Shown here one piece after another: positions 14,138 to 28,707 of a stretch of 64,000 nucleotides of DNA; positions within the stretch are counted from its first letter, which is position 1; each line of letters opens with the position of its first letter. The notes under the pieces were generated by a model, which saw only the letters and a list, made by a program, of their open reading frames with translations, ran no database searches and was not told the origin of the DNA. This DNA is from Balanoglossus misakiensis. Taxonomy: Eukaryota > Animalia > Hemichordata. The stretch is taken from assembly GCA_040954595.2 (NCBI GenBank), contig CM082578.2, positions 10,215,519-10,279,518 of the forward strand. The letters are read 5' to 3'. Both the position numbers and the translations under genes were made by a program.

Positions 14138-17100
14138 ATGATAAACCGATTCAAGTCAGTGGTGAACAACGTTGTGGCCAACTTACACCAGGCGCCAAAC
14201 GCGGAAGAAAGGCCAACGAGAATGGAGGACTTGCCAGTGAAATACCCGTACAGTCGACCCGCATTCCTGAAGTTGAGCGACGAAGAAGTGAAGGTGTCTG
14301 CCGATCACACTTTGCGACCCATTCTTGTTCCCCGTGACCTGACGAGGTTGCCGTGGAATAGCGGTTACTCGGAGTAAGCATTCCATTTCTAATTTGGCTG
14401 CATGTCACAATATTCTGACACCGAGCGTCCGTCTTTTATATGTCACTTGTTTCCCATTTTGTTTATGTTTTAGATCAGCTCGCACAGCTGTGCAGTCAGT
14501 ACAGTAGCCTGTATGTACAGCCTTCAAAATTCACAGCAGGGAGGTTGGCAGTCTGCAATCGATGTCATTGAGAATTTAGGGGCACGCCCACCATAATGGT
14601 GTGTCGGTTGTTGTCCTTTGTTCATATGTTCGAAAATGTTATTACATTAGGACTCGCCCATGCCGGGATTTTCAGTTTCGATGGAAAGAGCACGATGGCT
14701 TGCACTGTCTGCCATTTGTCAACTACATGTACTTCCGTATTTCTGTCATGATTAGAATCGCGGAGTACAGTGTTGTTCCGCGTGTACCCGTTACATAACC
14801 GTATCATATCCCTTGTACTTGTAGGGTTTCATTTGCGATACAACCAATGTGTAAACCATGGGTGTACTGTACATACATGTTATACTTGAAAGTAAACAAT
14901 AATGTGTTCATATCTTCCAAGATGGACTAGAATGTGACGTACATGTACTACAGTAGTGTGTCCTACCAGTACTGGTAATGACATCTACAGACTCAGTAAT
15001 CAATTCAATTTACAAGTAATTATGTCACACTAAACGGTCTTGTTCATTGATTTAAATCCTAATTTTTGAGTGATTTAACTGAGAGCATTTTACCATTGAT
15101 TTCTAACAGTTGGAACGCTCTCCATTATTGCTAAATCTGTTGTTCTGAACTCCATTAGTGTTAATATTTACCCGTAATTAGTTGTACAAATATACTTTCA
15201 ACTAGAATTTGCATGATTTTATTTCAGCGTTCCTTTTCAAATGTTGATGAACTACTTTGTTCAGTATACCATAGTAGATTTTTCTTTCCAGTGCTTTTTC
15301 TTTTTCAGTGTTTTAATAAATATTACAGCTTATCAGAATCTATTTCAGCAACGTATAGATTTAGTATGGATTGTGTATATCCTGACCTTCGATGGTTCAT
15401 AGTGTTACTGTTACTGAGTCAGCTGCTCAGTCTGTCCAGAGTGTTCACATTTGCATATGTGATGACATGTGACTCACAGATGTTGATCTGAATTCTCATT
15501 GTGTGACAAAGAGTGAAGGACACTGCTGAAATTTCCAAAATTCAAGCCAGTTCAAATATAAAAATCAAATAGTACGATATGAGGTCACGTAGTAAGAATC
15601 TAAATGATTTTCCAGTATCTCTACAAAAAAGTGGAAGCAACCTTTTGAATTTGTAATACTAGGAGAATGAAATCTGCAGTCTTACATGCAATAATTGCTC
15701 CTAAAATGACAAGGAACATGTACATTGATATTGTATATTTTATTTTCCATTTGGCATTTAGCAAAATATACCATTGTTCCCAGACAAGTAGGGGTATGCT
15801 AATGTGTACAGTTCATTATGATTTAAATCAAAATCATATTTCAGTGCCTCAATTAGTCTGTCAGGAGACATCGATCATAATATCAATTTTACTTGGCAAT
15901 TAATTACTACAGCATATGATCTTATTGACGTATGACCTTATTTATTACCGAAAAGGAGGCTTTTTATAAATTAGTTTGAGAGCTTTCCTATTTGTCATCT
16001 GTGTGAGAAAACTATTGTGAAATCAAAAATGAATAGATGATAACAAGAGGATACACGCAGAATAAGTAGGATCGGATATTTCTTTTGTGAGGGATCATTG
16101 TTGAAAGGTAATGTTCTCATCACCTGAGAGATACCCCAGATGAGTTATGCTGTAAACCGACAGGGAGATAGATTTCACCAAGTTTTCTAATATTTATCGA
16201 TACTGTTGAATAATGTATGGCATACATTTTATGCTGGAGCATCATTTGAAAACCGCACTTGTAATAATGCGTGTGTTGTCGTCCATGGGTAGTACAGTGA
16301 CACAGATATGTCTAATAAAGGTCTAGTGACCATGACCACTGCACAATGATGAACTGTCAGTTTTCATCAAACCTTTACTAATGTTTTTCAGACGGCATTT
16401 ATTCCCCTATTTTCTATCAAATTTCACTTTGTGCAAAAGTCACTTTTCTTCAGTAATTACTTAAATTTTGTAATTAGATGGCAATTTTATGTGAGGCAGC
16501 TGTAATAATATTCTAGGCTTTGCATCTCTCCGGTGATTTAAAAAAAAACTGATACAGAGCTCCTTAAATTTTTCCTCCTGCTTTAATACACGTATTGCGC
16601 ACATCATTTTGTCTATTCAAACAGTAGAATAGTTAACTTGTTTTGTTCGGGAGGTGGGGGGGGGATTCCTCTTGATGTATAGTATTAACCTAGGTGGAAC
16701 ACTATATTTTTTCTGGTGGTATGCTGTGTTTTTCTTGTGTGTTTTTGTCAGTTTTCACAGCTTGGTTGCATTACTGATACATGATGCCCTGAATTAGCAT
16801 GAAACATGATAATTACAGGCAATTTCCGATGACAGCAAGTCAGGGACATCAATGAATAATTAAAAGCAGATTTCACTTTAAATTGGGAGCATAGAACAGA
16901 GTGTTCAATCTACTTTGTTGCCGATGATGCTGTATCATGAAATTTTCTTTAGCTAATATCCAATTTCACTACAGACACTATAGGCTAGATCTATTCTTCA
17001 AGCATCTATTCCCTGTACAAGTATCTAATCACAAACACACAATATTTTTCCACTCAGGAGGAATGATACACTGTGAATAACGTAACCATAATCCATATGT

Positions 17101-20100
17101 TTAATTACAAACTTTCTCCTATGGGATTGAATTAAATTAGATTTCTCATTTCCTTCTCCAATTACTTGGTGAAATTGTTGCCTTATAATGTTTACGTGAG
17201 TTTACCGGTCTTGAAAATAGAGAGCAGAAACTGAGACCTTGTTTCATATTTTCTAATCAGCAAGGCAGAAAATATTTATCGGTGGCTGGTCAGAGCGATG
17301 AAAATCTACAGGAGGAAAATTTAATCACGTTATTTAGCTCTGAATTATCTTGCCATTACTTATGTTCACTTCATGTGAAGATTTTGAGATCTCGACTGTG
17401 AACATGTAGTGTAATGTGCATTGTAATGCAATATGTGTGGCAATGTAATGTATAATGTAATGCAACACTTTGCAAAACGGCAACAATAATCCACTCCAAT
17501 ATTGCAATTTTACATGTAATTGCATACAGGTGTGCAGATACCAGCAATTTTGTTATTGATGAGTAAGCCAGTAAATTTATTTTACTTGGTGTCCTCAAAT
17601 CATTTCACCCAAGTCTCCCACTTGCATGCCAAAGTAATCAGGTATGGAAACTGCAATTAATCCTTTCGCCGACCCCTGGGTGACTTGTGAAGTTTTCTTC
17701 CAAATAGAGTCCAAAAGGTTAATATGTTATGTTCCCAAATCTAAAGCAAAAACAATAAGTGTTTCCTTGTATAGCATGCTGGCAATACACTTGTCACCCT
17801 TACCGCAAAGAGTGCAAATGACCTCTCATATACTGGTGGTACATGTATACATGTACTAAGTTATTTTTAACATCACATTACCACACACATACATTTAGTG
17901 TAGGTACATACGGTATATAGTGCAATACATACTCAAACTGGTCTATATACCGGTATAGTGGCCAGGGACTTTCCAAACTGGCTGTTATGCCCTTTTATTA
18001 TAGACAGGTAAATTAACGCAATGTAAATTGCACAAGGACTGTAACAAAGTGGCTACTATAAAATATAGACAAGTTTCCACTATAATACAGGCACAGCAAT
18101 ACAGTGAGCAATTTTCACTTGTACATTGGACACACATGTACACAATGTACCCAACCAGCAACCCATAAATTTCTAGACTACTACTATCTGTTGTCAATAT
18201 CTAATCAAATTTCAGCTGATGGCTGTCAGATATTCTTATGATAGTAAAAGTGTGCTGTTTATAAACCTGTGTTCAAAATATCATTGCCCATACATGTAGG
18301 TCATTGAGGATTTTCTCCAATTAATCCCCAATCCTGTATATTTGTTATTTGTGGGTTATTCATGACTGTAGGGGCAAAAGTGGAGTGTGGTTCTGAGCAC
18401 AGAAGTCAATGTACACCTACAATACATCAGGCATCATTAGTGAAAACGTAAGGTACATCATCCAGTTCATTTCAGTTCTGTTCATTTGTATCATTGCAGA
18501 GTGATAAATGCTGGCAAAACCATATACAACGAAGACCAAGCTGCCATCGGCGTGTTTCATCTGACTCCTTACGGGAGTGAAGGAGCAAGAAACAGTCCAA
18601 CAAAGCCCCCTGGGAACACCACTACAGATGAGAACACCACTACAGACGGTGGCACCTCTACAGACGGCAGCACAGCCAATACAGACACTTCGTCAAGAGA
18701 AAACTCTCTGGTAAACATCGCAGTCACTGTCCTTGGTGGCTGACGTTTGTTTTAGCTACTACAGTAACTGTAGTTTGTGATAGGGTGTTTTGAATTCCAT
18801 TTTATGCCCCATATGTCGAGTAGAGTACAATATTTGACCAGGAGATATTCCCTGAGCACAAGAATGAAAGTCTGACCTAATGCCTGAGCTATATTATATA
18901 AAGACTGAGTTTAGTTTCTAATGTACGGTGGCTGTCCTGAGATTCAGTTTATTGTGCATACCTTAATGTGTTCACATAAATCTGACTCGCTCTTTTGCTC
19001 CATCTGCCTGTACAGGACGCAGAAGACAACTCGTACACCTATTTCGCCATCTTCGACGGCCACGCGGGTCACGCGGCGGCAGTCACGGCCGTGCATACCT
19101 TACACAAACATATCTATGAACACCTCAGTCCTATGGCCCACCTGATCACCTCAGCCAGTGGCGTCACTCATGCCAATGGAAGTTCATCCCACAGCCACGA
19201 TGACCGATACCACGCAAAGGCCTGTAAGTGGCCGTTTGCTGAAAAGGATCTCCCTGTGGAGAGTGTTGTCAGCGGTGCATTGGAAAATTCCTTCTGGTTA
19301 ATGGTGAGTGTGATTTCTTCTGTAGTACTCTCCCAATCTGCCACCCACTGTCTGTTGTGATCAGAGTGTTTTTTCCCAAGCAGTGATCAGAATGGGACTA
19401 CCACATGGCGCTACCTTGTTCTTGTCTGATTCATTATGACAAATGTTTATGTTATGCAGATGTTGCACAACTTTCTTTTGATTCCGTGCAAAGCAGTATT
19501 GATTTAAGGTGATGCAGAAGAGATACATGTAATAGAGTTATGCAATCAACGGGGAAAAAAGAATGTTAAATATATATAACAAAATATGAATGGTGTGTCT
19601 GTTACAAATGACTAATTTTTTGTGACATAATTGAGTTGAAATAAAAGAATATCAAGCTTATTGGCCTTGAACCATTTCAGGATGAAGAACTTGGACAAGA
19701 AAAGATGAGTTATCGCATAGCAGGTGGATGCACTGTGCTCGTTGCAATCTTCTTGCGCGGAAAGTTGTATGTTGCAAATGCTGGCGATTCAAGGTAAGGC
19801 TTTAATTTTCTGTGTTTCAATGATTATTACAGACTTCGTAGATGTGCAAAAATCAAACATCACTTGTGTGCATACGTGACCTTGTGTCCTATCACATCAG
19901 CAGTAATTCTTGGGTATATCACTCTTCCTGCATGTGTGACATCACTTCCTGTATGTGTGACATCACTTCCTGTATGTGTCAATCATTTCAGAGCAATCAT
20001 ATCAAGAGGCGATGACATCATTGAGATGTCGCACGAGTACACGCCCAGTACTGAGAGGCAGAGAATCCAACAGTTGGCTTATCAGCAGCCCTGTTTGCTG

Positions 20101-21374
20101 GACAACGAATTTACACATCTGGAATTTCAGAAAAGGATTTACAGGAAGGATGTCGGCAAGAGAATTCTGTACAGGGACCAACACATGACGGGATGGTAAT
20201 TATATAGTTACGGCAGTCACTTTTTTTTTCCAAAACCATATTTTCATGATGCAGATAACTTTATTAATTTTGATAACTTTATTTGACTTCCAGGGCATAT
20301 AAGACGATTACATTAGAAGACACCAAATTCCCGCTGATATACGGCGACGGAAAGAAGTCGCGCATGTTGGCAACGATAGGTGTGACCAGGGGGTTTGGAG
20401 ACCATGAACTCAAAGTACACGAGACGAACATTTACCTCAAACCATTCCTTAGCCCCATTCCAGAGGTGAGTGCAATATACACTTGGCACATACCATTTGT
20501 TGAACAACCGTGTGCAGAAATGAAATATGCTTCCCAGTACATGGTGAAAGTTCAGACTCCTAATAACAATTCCTAAACTTATTGTGTATGTAATGGCAGG
20601 TGATGGTGTACGACTTATTAGACAATGAACACACAGAGAATGATGTGCTCATCATGGGATCTGATGGGCTGTGGGATATTCTGTCCAATCAGGAGGCAGC
20701 TGACATTGTGAAAGACATCCTGGAGAACTTTCCCCCAGGTGACATGAGCAGGTGCGTAGTCTTGAGTGGAAAGGACTTGTAGTGATGTATAGCTGAGCAT
20801 TAACTCTGCTCCTGGAAAGGACCGGAATTTTAAATCACTCCTAGAAAGTCTTTGCATGTTCTGGAAGACCTATAGTCACCCCTGGAAAATGCTGGATGTT
20901 TAATCAATCGCCTGTGCTATCATAAAATGTTAATGTCCCGATAAAAAATCCCTCTGAGTATAGCACTGGTAATTTGGGTCATTAGATTGGATCTGCTTGA
21001 TTCATTGGTGTGATATGTAATTTTCAGCCATGTCTGATGTTTATATGAGTGCCTCTTTATAAGCTGCAGACTTTTCTGATAATTTGGTGAAATTATACGG
21101 AAGTGCAGGATTCTTAACTGTAACTGGTGAAGGGAGGGAGCCAGCGAAATGAGTTGTGTGAACTTTGACCTTGTCTTGTAGGTACGCCTCGGCCGCCCAA
21201 GAGCTGGTGATGCAGGCCAGGGGGATCTTGAAGCAGCGCGGCTGGAGAACCATGAACGACACCAGGCAGGCGTCCAACGACGACATCACAGTGTTTGTCA
21301 TTCCGCTGCATTGCCATGGCAGCCTGTCCTCGCAGAGCAGTCTCACCGAGTCGCAGGACGCCTTGCCGACTTAA
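14138..21374 (+). CDS. PPM1H: Protein phosphatase 1H-like (PP2C family; PPM1H/J/M co-orthologue), 522 aa
   Basis: Exons 14138-14373, 18500-18710, 19016-19303, 19681-19793, 19992-20195, 20294-20465, 20600-20751, 21182-21374; all GT-AG, frame continuous (1569 nt). Motifs KYPYSRPAFL, LPWNSGYSEVINAGKT..NEDQ, FDGHAG, LYVANAGDSRA, ATIGVTRGFGDH, MGSDGLWD, SNDDITV. Confidence 0.95.
19918..19980. repeat. ~21-bp tandem repeat x~3 (ATCACTTCCTGTATGTGTGAC) in PPM1H intron 4
   Basis: Read directly from the sequence, just upstream of the acceptor at 19991. Confidence 0.8.
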
Positions 21375-22331
21375 AACGCACGTTCAAGCAATCACACTAT
21401 CCTGTGAAGCGTCCGTCAAGGAGCTGAGGCACATTGTATATCTGGTCAGATAACCTGAACCTTGGGACTGCATTCATTGTTGTAGTTGAGTGTGTACTTT
21501 CCCCACACAAAGAAGCATCTGTGTGCCCTGAATGATGGGAAAAATGTCAGTCCCCATATTGGTGTACATGTATTCGCAAGCATGTTTATAAAGCATAGCC
21601 CTCACTCAGTATTGTTGGTAAATAATCATTGGCTTAGGTATGTGTATCTGGACTATAAGTGTAGTACATGTACTGTACTGTGTTTTTTGAATGTTGTGTT
21701 AGACTATAAAAATATCAATTTTCATTTAATGTTGTAGCAAAAATATCAAAAACAATGATCAGATATAATTCATTATGCATTTATTTACAGTTTGAAAGAT
21801 ATTTTTTCTATTTTATTTTCACATTTGCAGATGATTTTGATTATATATTGATATTTTCATACATCCTTCAAGTACAATGACAGAATTCCGACACTTCAAG
21901 TTGCAGTACTCAAACGCCCCTGTGGTGAAAATATGCAAAATGGACAAGGATTTCCCCAAATTTCATGTTTTATACCTCAATCAAAGTGCAGCCTTTCATT
22001 CTGTTACTCAAGCAGTGGCTGGCTGGTTCTGTTGTCCTTTAGGGGGTGAATTAACGGCATGCGCACTTGGTGTTTGGACTGAGTTTAACCTGAAAATGGT
22101 TTCAGGAAGCTTTACTTTACCCAGGCATGACTTTACACAGCACGGAGTATTTCTTGAAGACTGCATCAAATTGAAGACCGAGTCATTTCGAACACCTCAA
22201 GATCAAGAGAGAATTTTTATGTTGTGCTAATGTTTTGGAAGTTTTTAAAAATGTTTTTGTTATCTTTTTTTTAAAACTTGTATTCATATTTCAATTTTCT
22301 TTGAACACTCCTGCCAAATAGCCCTGTACAC

Positions 22332-22505
22332 CAGTGTACCCTCTAAGCCCATATGACTTGCCACTAAGACTCAACAAACTCACTGGCGACTCAAGAAAAT
22401 TATCCACACTACATGCAAAGGTATAGGGCTGACTCAGAGAAATTTCTAGAAATCCTCAAATTGACGCAAAGCTTTTAAAAATTATGTTTGTCAGAGGGCA
22501 CACTG
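22332..22505. mobile_element. MITE-like element (hAT-like CAGTG ends) in the probable PPM1H 3' UTR
   Basis: CAGTGTACCCTCT at 22332 and AGAGGGCACACTG ending 22505 form a 12/13 inverted match; no clean 8-bp target-site duplication. Confidence 0.5.
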
Positions 22506-25500
22506 TACTGCTGTATACATACACATGAAAGATTCCTGGTTTAAAGGGGTGGGGCTGTCTTTAACGAGTCAATCTTGAGATGTTACATGGTTTTAAGTTT
22601 GCTTGCATTGTTCTGAACGCACACATGCAACATTTTACCGTTTCGTTGTTTTTTCTGTAGAATTTCAACCCCTGGTGATTGGAATTGGATATGCTATATT
22701 CTTTCTTATTCAAATATTTTCCCTCGGCAACCATTGCCTAGCAACTTGAATTAATCGGTATCACCTTCAAGAAGCAAACTCTGATTAACTTTTATTAATC
22801 TGCTTGTATAAAGATATTATGGCCCAGCCAGTTTATGAATACATAGATAATCATGATGCTGACAAAATGAATTTTATGTTTGATCTTTTACAAATCACTG
22901 TGCAATATTATACACGTATTATCCAGTTTCCATTTAAAAGTTTGTATGTTTTTTTTTAAAAAAATGCTATCACTAGAGTCTTCCCAGACTGTGTGTCTCA
23001 TTGTAAGCAAGACTGTTGAATAGAAACAGAAGAAGTTAGTCTCAAGAACTGTAGTTGGCGCTCTTAGTCATAGTACAGTATAATATAAAACCCTTTCTGT
23101 TTTCCTGAATTCCGACGTGACTGACATAATGGCAATAATTCACCAATGTGACAGCTATACATATGTATTTGAATTAGATCTATGCATTATAATTTTTAGA
23201 TAAGTTAATTCTGGGAGTGAGTGAGCGAGTGGTTGGGTGGGGATGGGGTATGAGGATGATTTTGTAAATAGGGCCAAAGTCATTCCTGAGAGCAGTTTAA
23301 GAAGAGGGTTAATTGCCTGATTGGATGTTGGATGAGAATAGAGAGTGACCAGCAAAAGTGGGTGTTACTTTATATGTAATTTGCTTCATCCAGTGATTGC
23401 TGTCTTCTGTAAAATTGTTTCCAGGTGTTTTTCCCCCTCAAGCTACTCTGCAGCTTGCACTCAACTGATGCAGGGTATTTGAGATGTTTATTTCTTTCAA
23501 TTTCATCTTGAAACTTAACAAAATATGACTTCATTATCGTGTTGAAACTATTTAATCAGGTCAGGTGCAGTTGCCTTGGTGATCAGTTATCAGTATTTGT
23601 ATGCTATCGTAGTTTACATCTGATTTTATGTGAAATGTAATGTTTTCTCTAATTTCCGGCCAGAATCTCCCTGCAGGATACCTTTCGCCACCATGGTTTG
23701 GTCCAAATCTATTGTTTTCAATGTAAAGTCGGGCCTGTACACAGAGAAATGGGTGAGAGGTTTAAAGTCATGTTGACTGTTAGTGGTATAACTATGGAGT
23801 TCCTGATAAAAAATAGGAAGTTTGTTACTCATGAATTTGTGTATGTCCACCTGGTTGCAAACCAGGAATCTTGGCCAATCAACTCAAATCATCAGAAACC
23901 GGTGGCTTTTGACATTGTCCTGTTAGATCATTCAAAATGATGCAGGCTGTGTACATTGGTCAGTCAAGTTCCTTCAATCTGACAATTTACTTTTTTTCAC
24001 CAAAATAAACTGGACCCCTCTGATCTTTGCAACTTGTTTATTAAAACTCTGTATTAAACTCCTGCGGCCTAGGCCTACTCTGGCGACTGGTCATTATAGC
24101 ATTGTACATTGTATCCAAGATCTGTTTGCATTTAACATATAATACATGGACATTAATAAATTTGCCTTGTCACAAAGTAAGCCTTATACCCAAGCAAATG
24201 GATACTGTATAGTTTAGGTTTATTGAAAGTACTTGTACAAAATGGTTTTGTATGTTTCATGTAAATTTCATAAGATATATACGTAACATTTTTCTATGTC
24301 AATTTGTATCTGTACTGCAGCTATTTTGTTAGCCATCAATGGTAATTTAATAAAAAGACATGTATAAATGTAAGAAATGCATAGCTTTGTGAGAGCAGAT
24401 GTGAATTACAAGTATCTCATTTATAGCATTTGTCTGTGAAGATTGTCTAGATGCTGCTATTTTCAGGACCTGGGAATTTTCAGAATGTTTCTCGCAGAGG
24501 TCCCATTCAAAATACTTTTCCCCTTTTAGCAATAAACAGCACACTACACTATATGGAAGAAAGACAGAACACAATTGGCAACTAGTGTAAGAAAACTTTT
24601 ATTTGACTATGAAATAAATGCTTTTCTCAATATTTATACAAAAAAACAAAAACAAAAGAAAATCAGACAACTTACAGAACATGATGTCACCACAAACAAC
24701 GAAGTGAGGACATCACTGAAATGAACACTTCTGTATCTCTGTATAAGATGCATAATGACCACATCAAAAATATAGGTTGGCAGTTTTATGAAATAAAACA
24801 GTAACACACAGAAAGCAGGCCAAAGAAATACCTGCAACAGAATAAATGCTGATAAAATGATCTCTAAGGACTATTTCAGAGAGGTCTGGTAATTTCTACT
24901 ATAGAATGAAAGTTGGAAGATGAACAGGTTGTAATGTGTAATGCTGAAGATTCTGGTCTGATAAGTACGTCTTTTAAAAAATATTTTACACAGAAAAGTT
25001 GGCTCTAAGAAGAGGAAGAGTCCAGAAGAACTCAAATCCTGTTTTCCACACATACATGTAATGCCCCCTACCCCTTTGAAGACTCATGCATTGTCAAACG
25101 ATACAGTCAGACACTGTAAAAGGTGTTGATCAACAAAAACACAGAAAATCTGGGTATGAACAAAATCCAACCTCATAGTCCCGATTCACAAACCAATGAA
25201 CAATCTCTTTCTAAGTTTTCATCCATGATTGCAGTCCATTGGCAAAAATTACTCCAAAAAAAATAGAAACATGTCTTTGTAAGATTTTAACCAAACAACT
25301 GATTCGACAATTTTATAAAAATCAATGATGTCTGCTTGATTGAATCAAATCTCCTGGTCCCAATACCTAACATAACACGACAATCCTTTTACCGTTTCCA
25401 CTCTTGTAACATCTTACCCTTTTCAGGAAAAGAGCTAACAAATAAAAATCTCCACAACATTTTCTCACTTTACTTCGAGTCCAAGCAATGCCAGTCCGAC

Positions 25501-25853
25501 CCCCGACCCCAGCAAACACCAACACTTAAGCCCCTGATTGAAAAGAAACCCTTTTCTTCTGTGTATCGTTTGGTGTGCGAGCTACACCTGCTGAAAGCGA
25601 CGGAGTTGAAGCCAAATATTGCAGTAGGTGAAACGGATCAGCCTAACTATTAAAGCACTTGCGCTTTGGATTACGATGTATAGGATGTGATGAATGAATG
25701 ATGACACAAGGTGGATATAAATAGATATACATGTGCACGAAACATGTTGACTGAATACGTGAACAGAGCTGTGTCTACTAAACAACCGACCACTGACAGA
25801 CTCGCAACAAGCTATGTACAAAGCGGTTCTCCTGAACTCCAGGTGGGCCTGGG

Positions 25854-28416
25854 TCACTCTTCGATGCTCGGTAGCCAGAATTCCTGTGGGCAAACGAAAA
25901 TAAATTTGCAAGTTAGCATACGAATGAATGTACATGCATGTATTTTCAGTCATGCATGCTAGACGAGTGCACGAGTCAGGTATACGTCGTTGCACATTGA
26001 GACAGGACAGGTTTGAAGGATTAAAATCAACAGTTTGCTTACCATATCGTGCGAGGTGGTTGCTAACATCATGTATTTGGGATTGAATTGGACGCATTGC
26101 GCTGGGCCGCCATGTTTTGATTCGAGAACTGCTGTTTTGCTGCCGTTTTCTGCATTCCACACGTGTATTTTTCCATCTTGGGACCCTGGCCGTGAAACAG
26201 GTAAACACAGCTTTTAATATTTCCATAAATCACAAGTTCTCAGTCTCAAAAGTATACTTCTTATCAGAGCTTAATATTCTGCAACTTTCAATAAACCAGA
26301 AATATGTCACATTCCTCACCTGCAATAACAAACTGTGAATCTGGACTGAACGACGCCTCTAACACCAAACCTTTAGTGTTCATGTGTCCCTGAAATGAAA
26401 TGAAGGGAAGGTAAAGAACATTTTCATAGACAGAAGAACGTTCTATTGTCTATGTCATCAAATACAATTGTAAAAAAGTGAAGACGTCACAATGACAAAT
26501 ACCGCCCAAAGAGAGGGGAGAGATACTGACCATGAAAGTCTGTAGTGGGTTCCCTGTGAACGCGTCGATCAGTCTGATCACAGCGCCGTTGGTTGAGATG
26601 AGCACCATTTTACCGTCAGCGCTGAACTTCAGACCTGTCCAGTCACAGTCCCTGTCGGGTTGTAACCTGAATGTTGTGAATGGACCCTAAAGCAACGGAG
26701 AAGAGATAATTTAAGTATGCTGGTATGGTCAAAGGTTTCTCCATAACTTGCTGGAACTGTAGTCATATGCTTGATTAAAATTATCAGGTACATGTGACTC
26801 CAAATTCTGCCTCACAAATGGACATACAAACAACCTGAATAATAATTACGGGATGATGATAGAAGACATACTCACCTTATCAAATGATCTGAGATCATAG
26901 AGTTTGATCATTTCTGAGTTGATGCCCGCACCAAATATTAATCCCTCTGGATCAAACGAACACACTGGACGGCCTTGGAGGTGCATTAAACCCTACAGAG
27001 AAATCAAAATTCAAGAAGTTAAAACTCATGGATTGGAGGTGTTGGGTATGACATCACACAAAATGACAGTCCTAACAACAGCCACACTGAAAATAGCGCC
27101 CTCTTGTGATAGATATGTCAAGCAACACAGTTTCATCATTCTTCGTAGACCATTGTAGAGAGGTTTCTTACCTGGCAATTTGGAGACCTAAGATCCCACA
27201 GCCTGATGGTTTTATCTAGTGACCCCGAGAGAAAAGTGTCATCCACTGGTGACATGCTTAGGCTTACAACTCTGCAGAGAAAAAGCAAAAGATCAGTGAT
27301 AAGCGGTGTTTACTGTTGTAATGTACATGGAAAACAATTTGATCATCAGTGATACACAATATATTAAAGCTTCAAACTTTGCCATATTAAATTGAGTAAT
27401 ACAGCAGAAAGAGCGTCACTTACTTTTTTGTATGCCCGTGGAAATATCTGATGTATTTGTTGTCGTGGAGTGAAAGATATCGGATTGTATCGTCTATTTT
27501 GTTTGAGCTGTATACCACAGTGTTGGCAGCGTGTGTGTATCGGATCAAATCTACGCCATACTTTTTGCTAAATAGAGTTCTCTTGGGTCTGAAAAAATAG
27601 GAAATTAATTCGGTGAGACATGGTGTGGAGCATCACATGATTATCCAGTTATATGCCCAGACTGTCTGCTATATACTAAGTTACCCTGTATGATGTAAAT
27701 TTTAGTGATTGCCATTGTAGTGTAAATTGTGACAGACCTCACCTGGTTGTGAACTTTGAGGACACAACCTTTCATAACAAGACAATTAGGTGCGATCTTG
27801 TTTTGAAGAATACAAGTTCGCTATTGCAGATTTTATAGTGTCGCCAGTGACACCACCAACATTCACAGCAGAGGCTTGTACTCAGTCGTATTTGGGCTCC
27901 CATTCCAAGTCAGCTCTGTGCTATAGCATAGGTGCTGGCTTGGTGAAATGGAGCCCACATGCAACTGTCAGTGTGTCTGTGGTTATACATGCAAACTGAT
28001 TAATGCATGTTTCCAGAAATATACTGGTAGTTTGGTGTGCTAAGTGATGACGCCACCTCATCAACTTGTGGACAGAATATGGCATACTTGAAGGAGGAAA
28101 GTGCGTCGAGATTACATTGTGACGATCTGTCGAAGAGGGCGCCAAAGATATTCAGAGCCCCGGAACACTACAATATGTGTGTACATTTCACCTGTCAACG
28201 AAATCTTGTGAAAGCTCAATTGTGCATTTCGGGTCACAATATGCAAACTTACTTTCCCTCTTGACAATCGTATATTACGATAGAATCATCGTCACTACTC
28301 GACACCAGAGTTTCGCCATTCGACGCGAAATCCACACTGTTTATACGGTCCGTGTTTTGATCTCGGAACATCTTTGCGACTCGAAAACTTCGCATTACAA
28401 CGTCCGTGAGCTTCAT
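25854..28416 (-). CDS. WDR82: WD repeat-containing protein 82 (SET1/COMPASS and PNUTS-PP1 subunit), 314 aa
   Basis: Exons 28416-28253, 27588-27424, 27271-27172, 26992-26876, 26686-26531, 26389-26320, 26185-26043, 25883-25854; frame continuous (945 nt). Starts [18 protein letters not shown], contains [14 protein letters not shown] and [12 protein letters not shown], ends EFWLPSIEE*. Confidence 0.97.
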
Positions 28417-28707
28417 GGTGACGGTGTGAACGATCTTCGTGAAGTCGCCTTCCTGCCTCGTTGTCTGCAAAGCCAACAAAGACGGTAAACAAGGTATATT
28501 TCCGATTTGTTTTGGAAGGCGACCGCGCTGATCACTTTTCTCGCCGGGCGTGCTACATGGAAAGAGTAAAGAAAAAGCAAACAAGCGAATACTCGAAGAG
28601 CGCGCCCTCTCGAATGACCTCCAGTAACCTAGATCTTGTCACTACGGGAAGGTCTAGTCATCATGGGGGTGGGGCCGGGCAAGTGATGGCCCGTTTAACT
28701 GACGTAA
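28417..28707. promoter_or_regulatory. Compact bidirectional promoter shared by WDR82 and GLYCTK
   Basis: 291 bp between divergent start codons; CpG-rich; contains GCGCCCTCT (~28601) and GC-box-like GGGGTGGGGC (~28666). Confidence 0.7.

Noticed and set aside
25582-26226. 214-aa minus-strand ORF
   Set aside because: Crosses WDR82 exons 7-8, introns and UTR in a non-coding frame; no recognisable protein.
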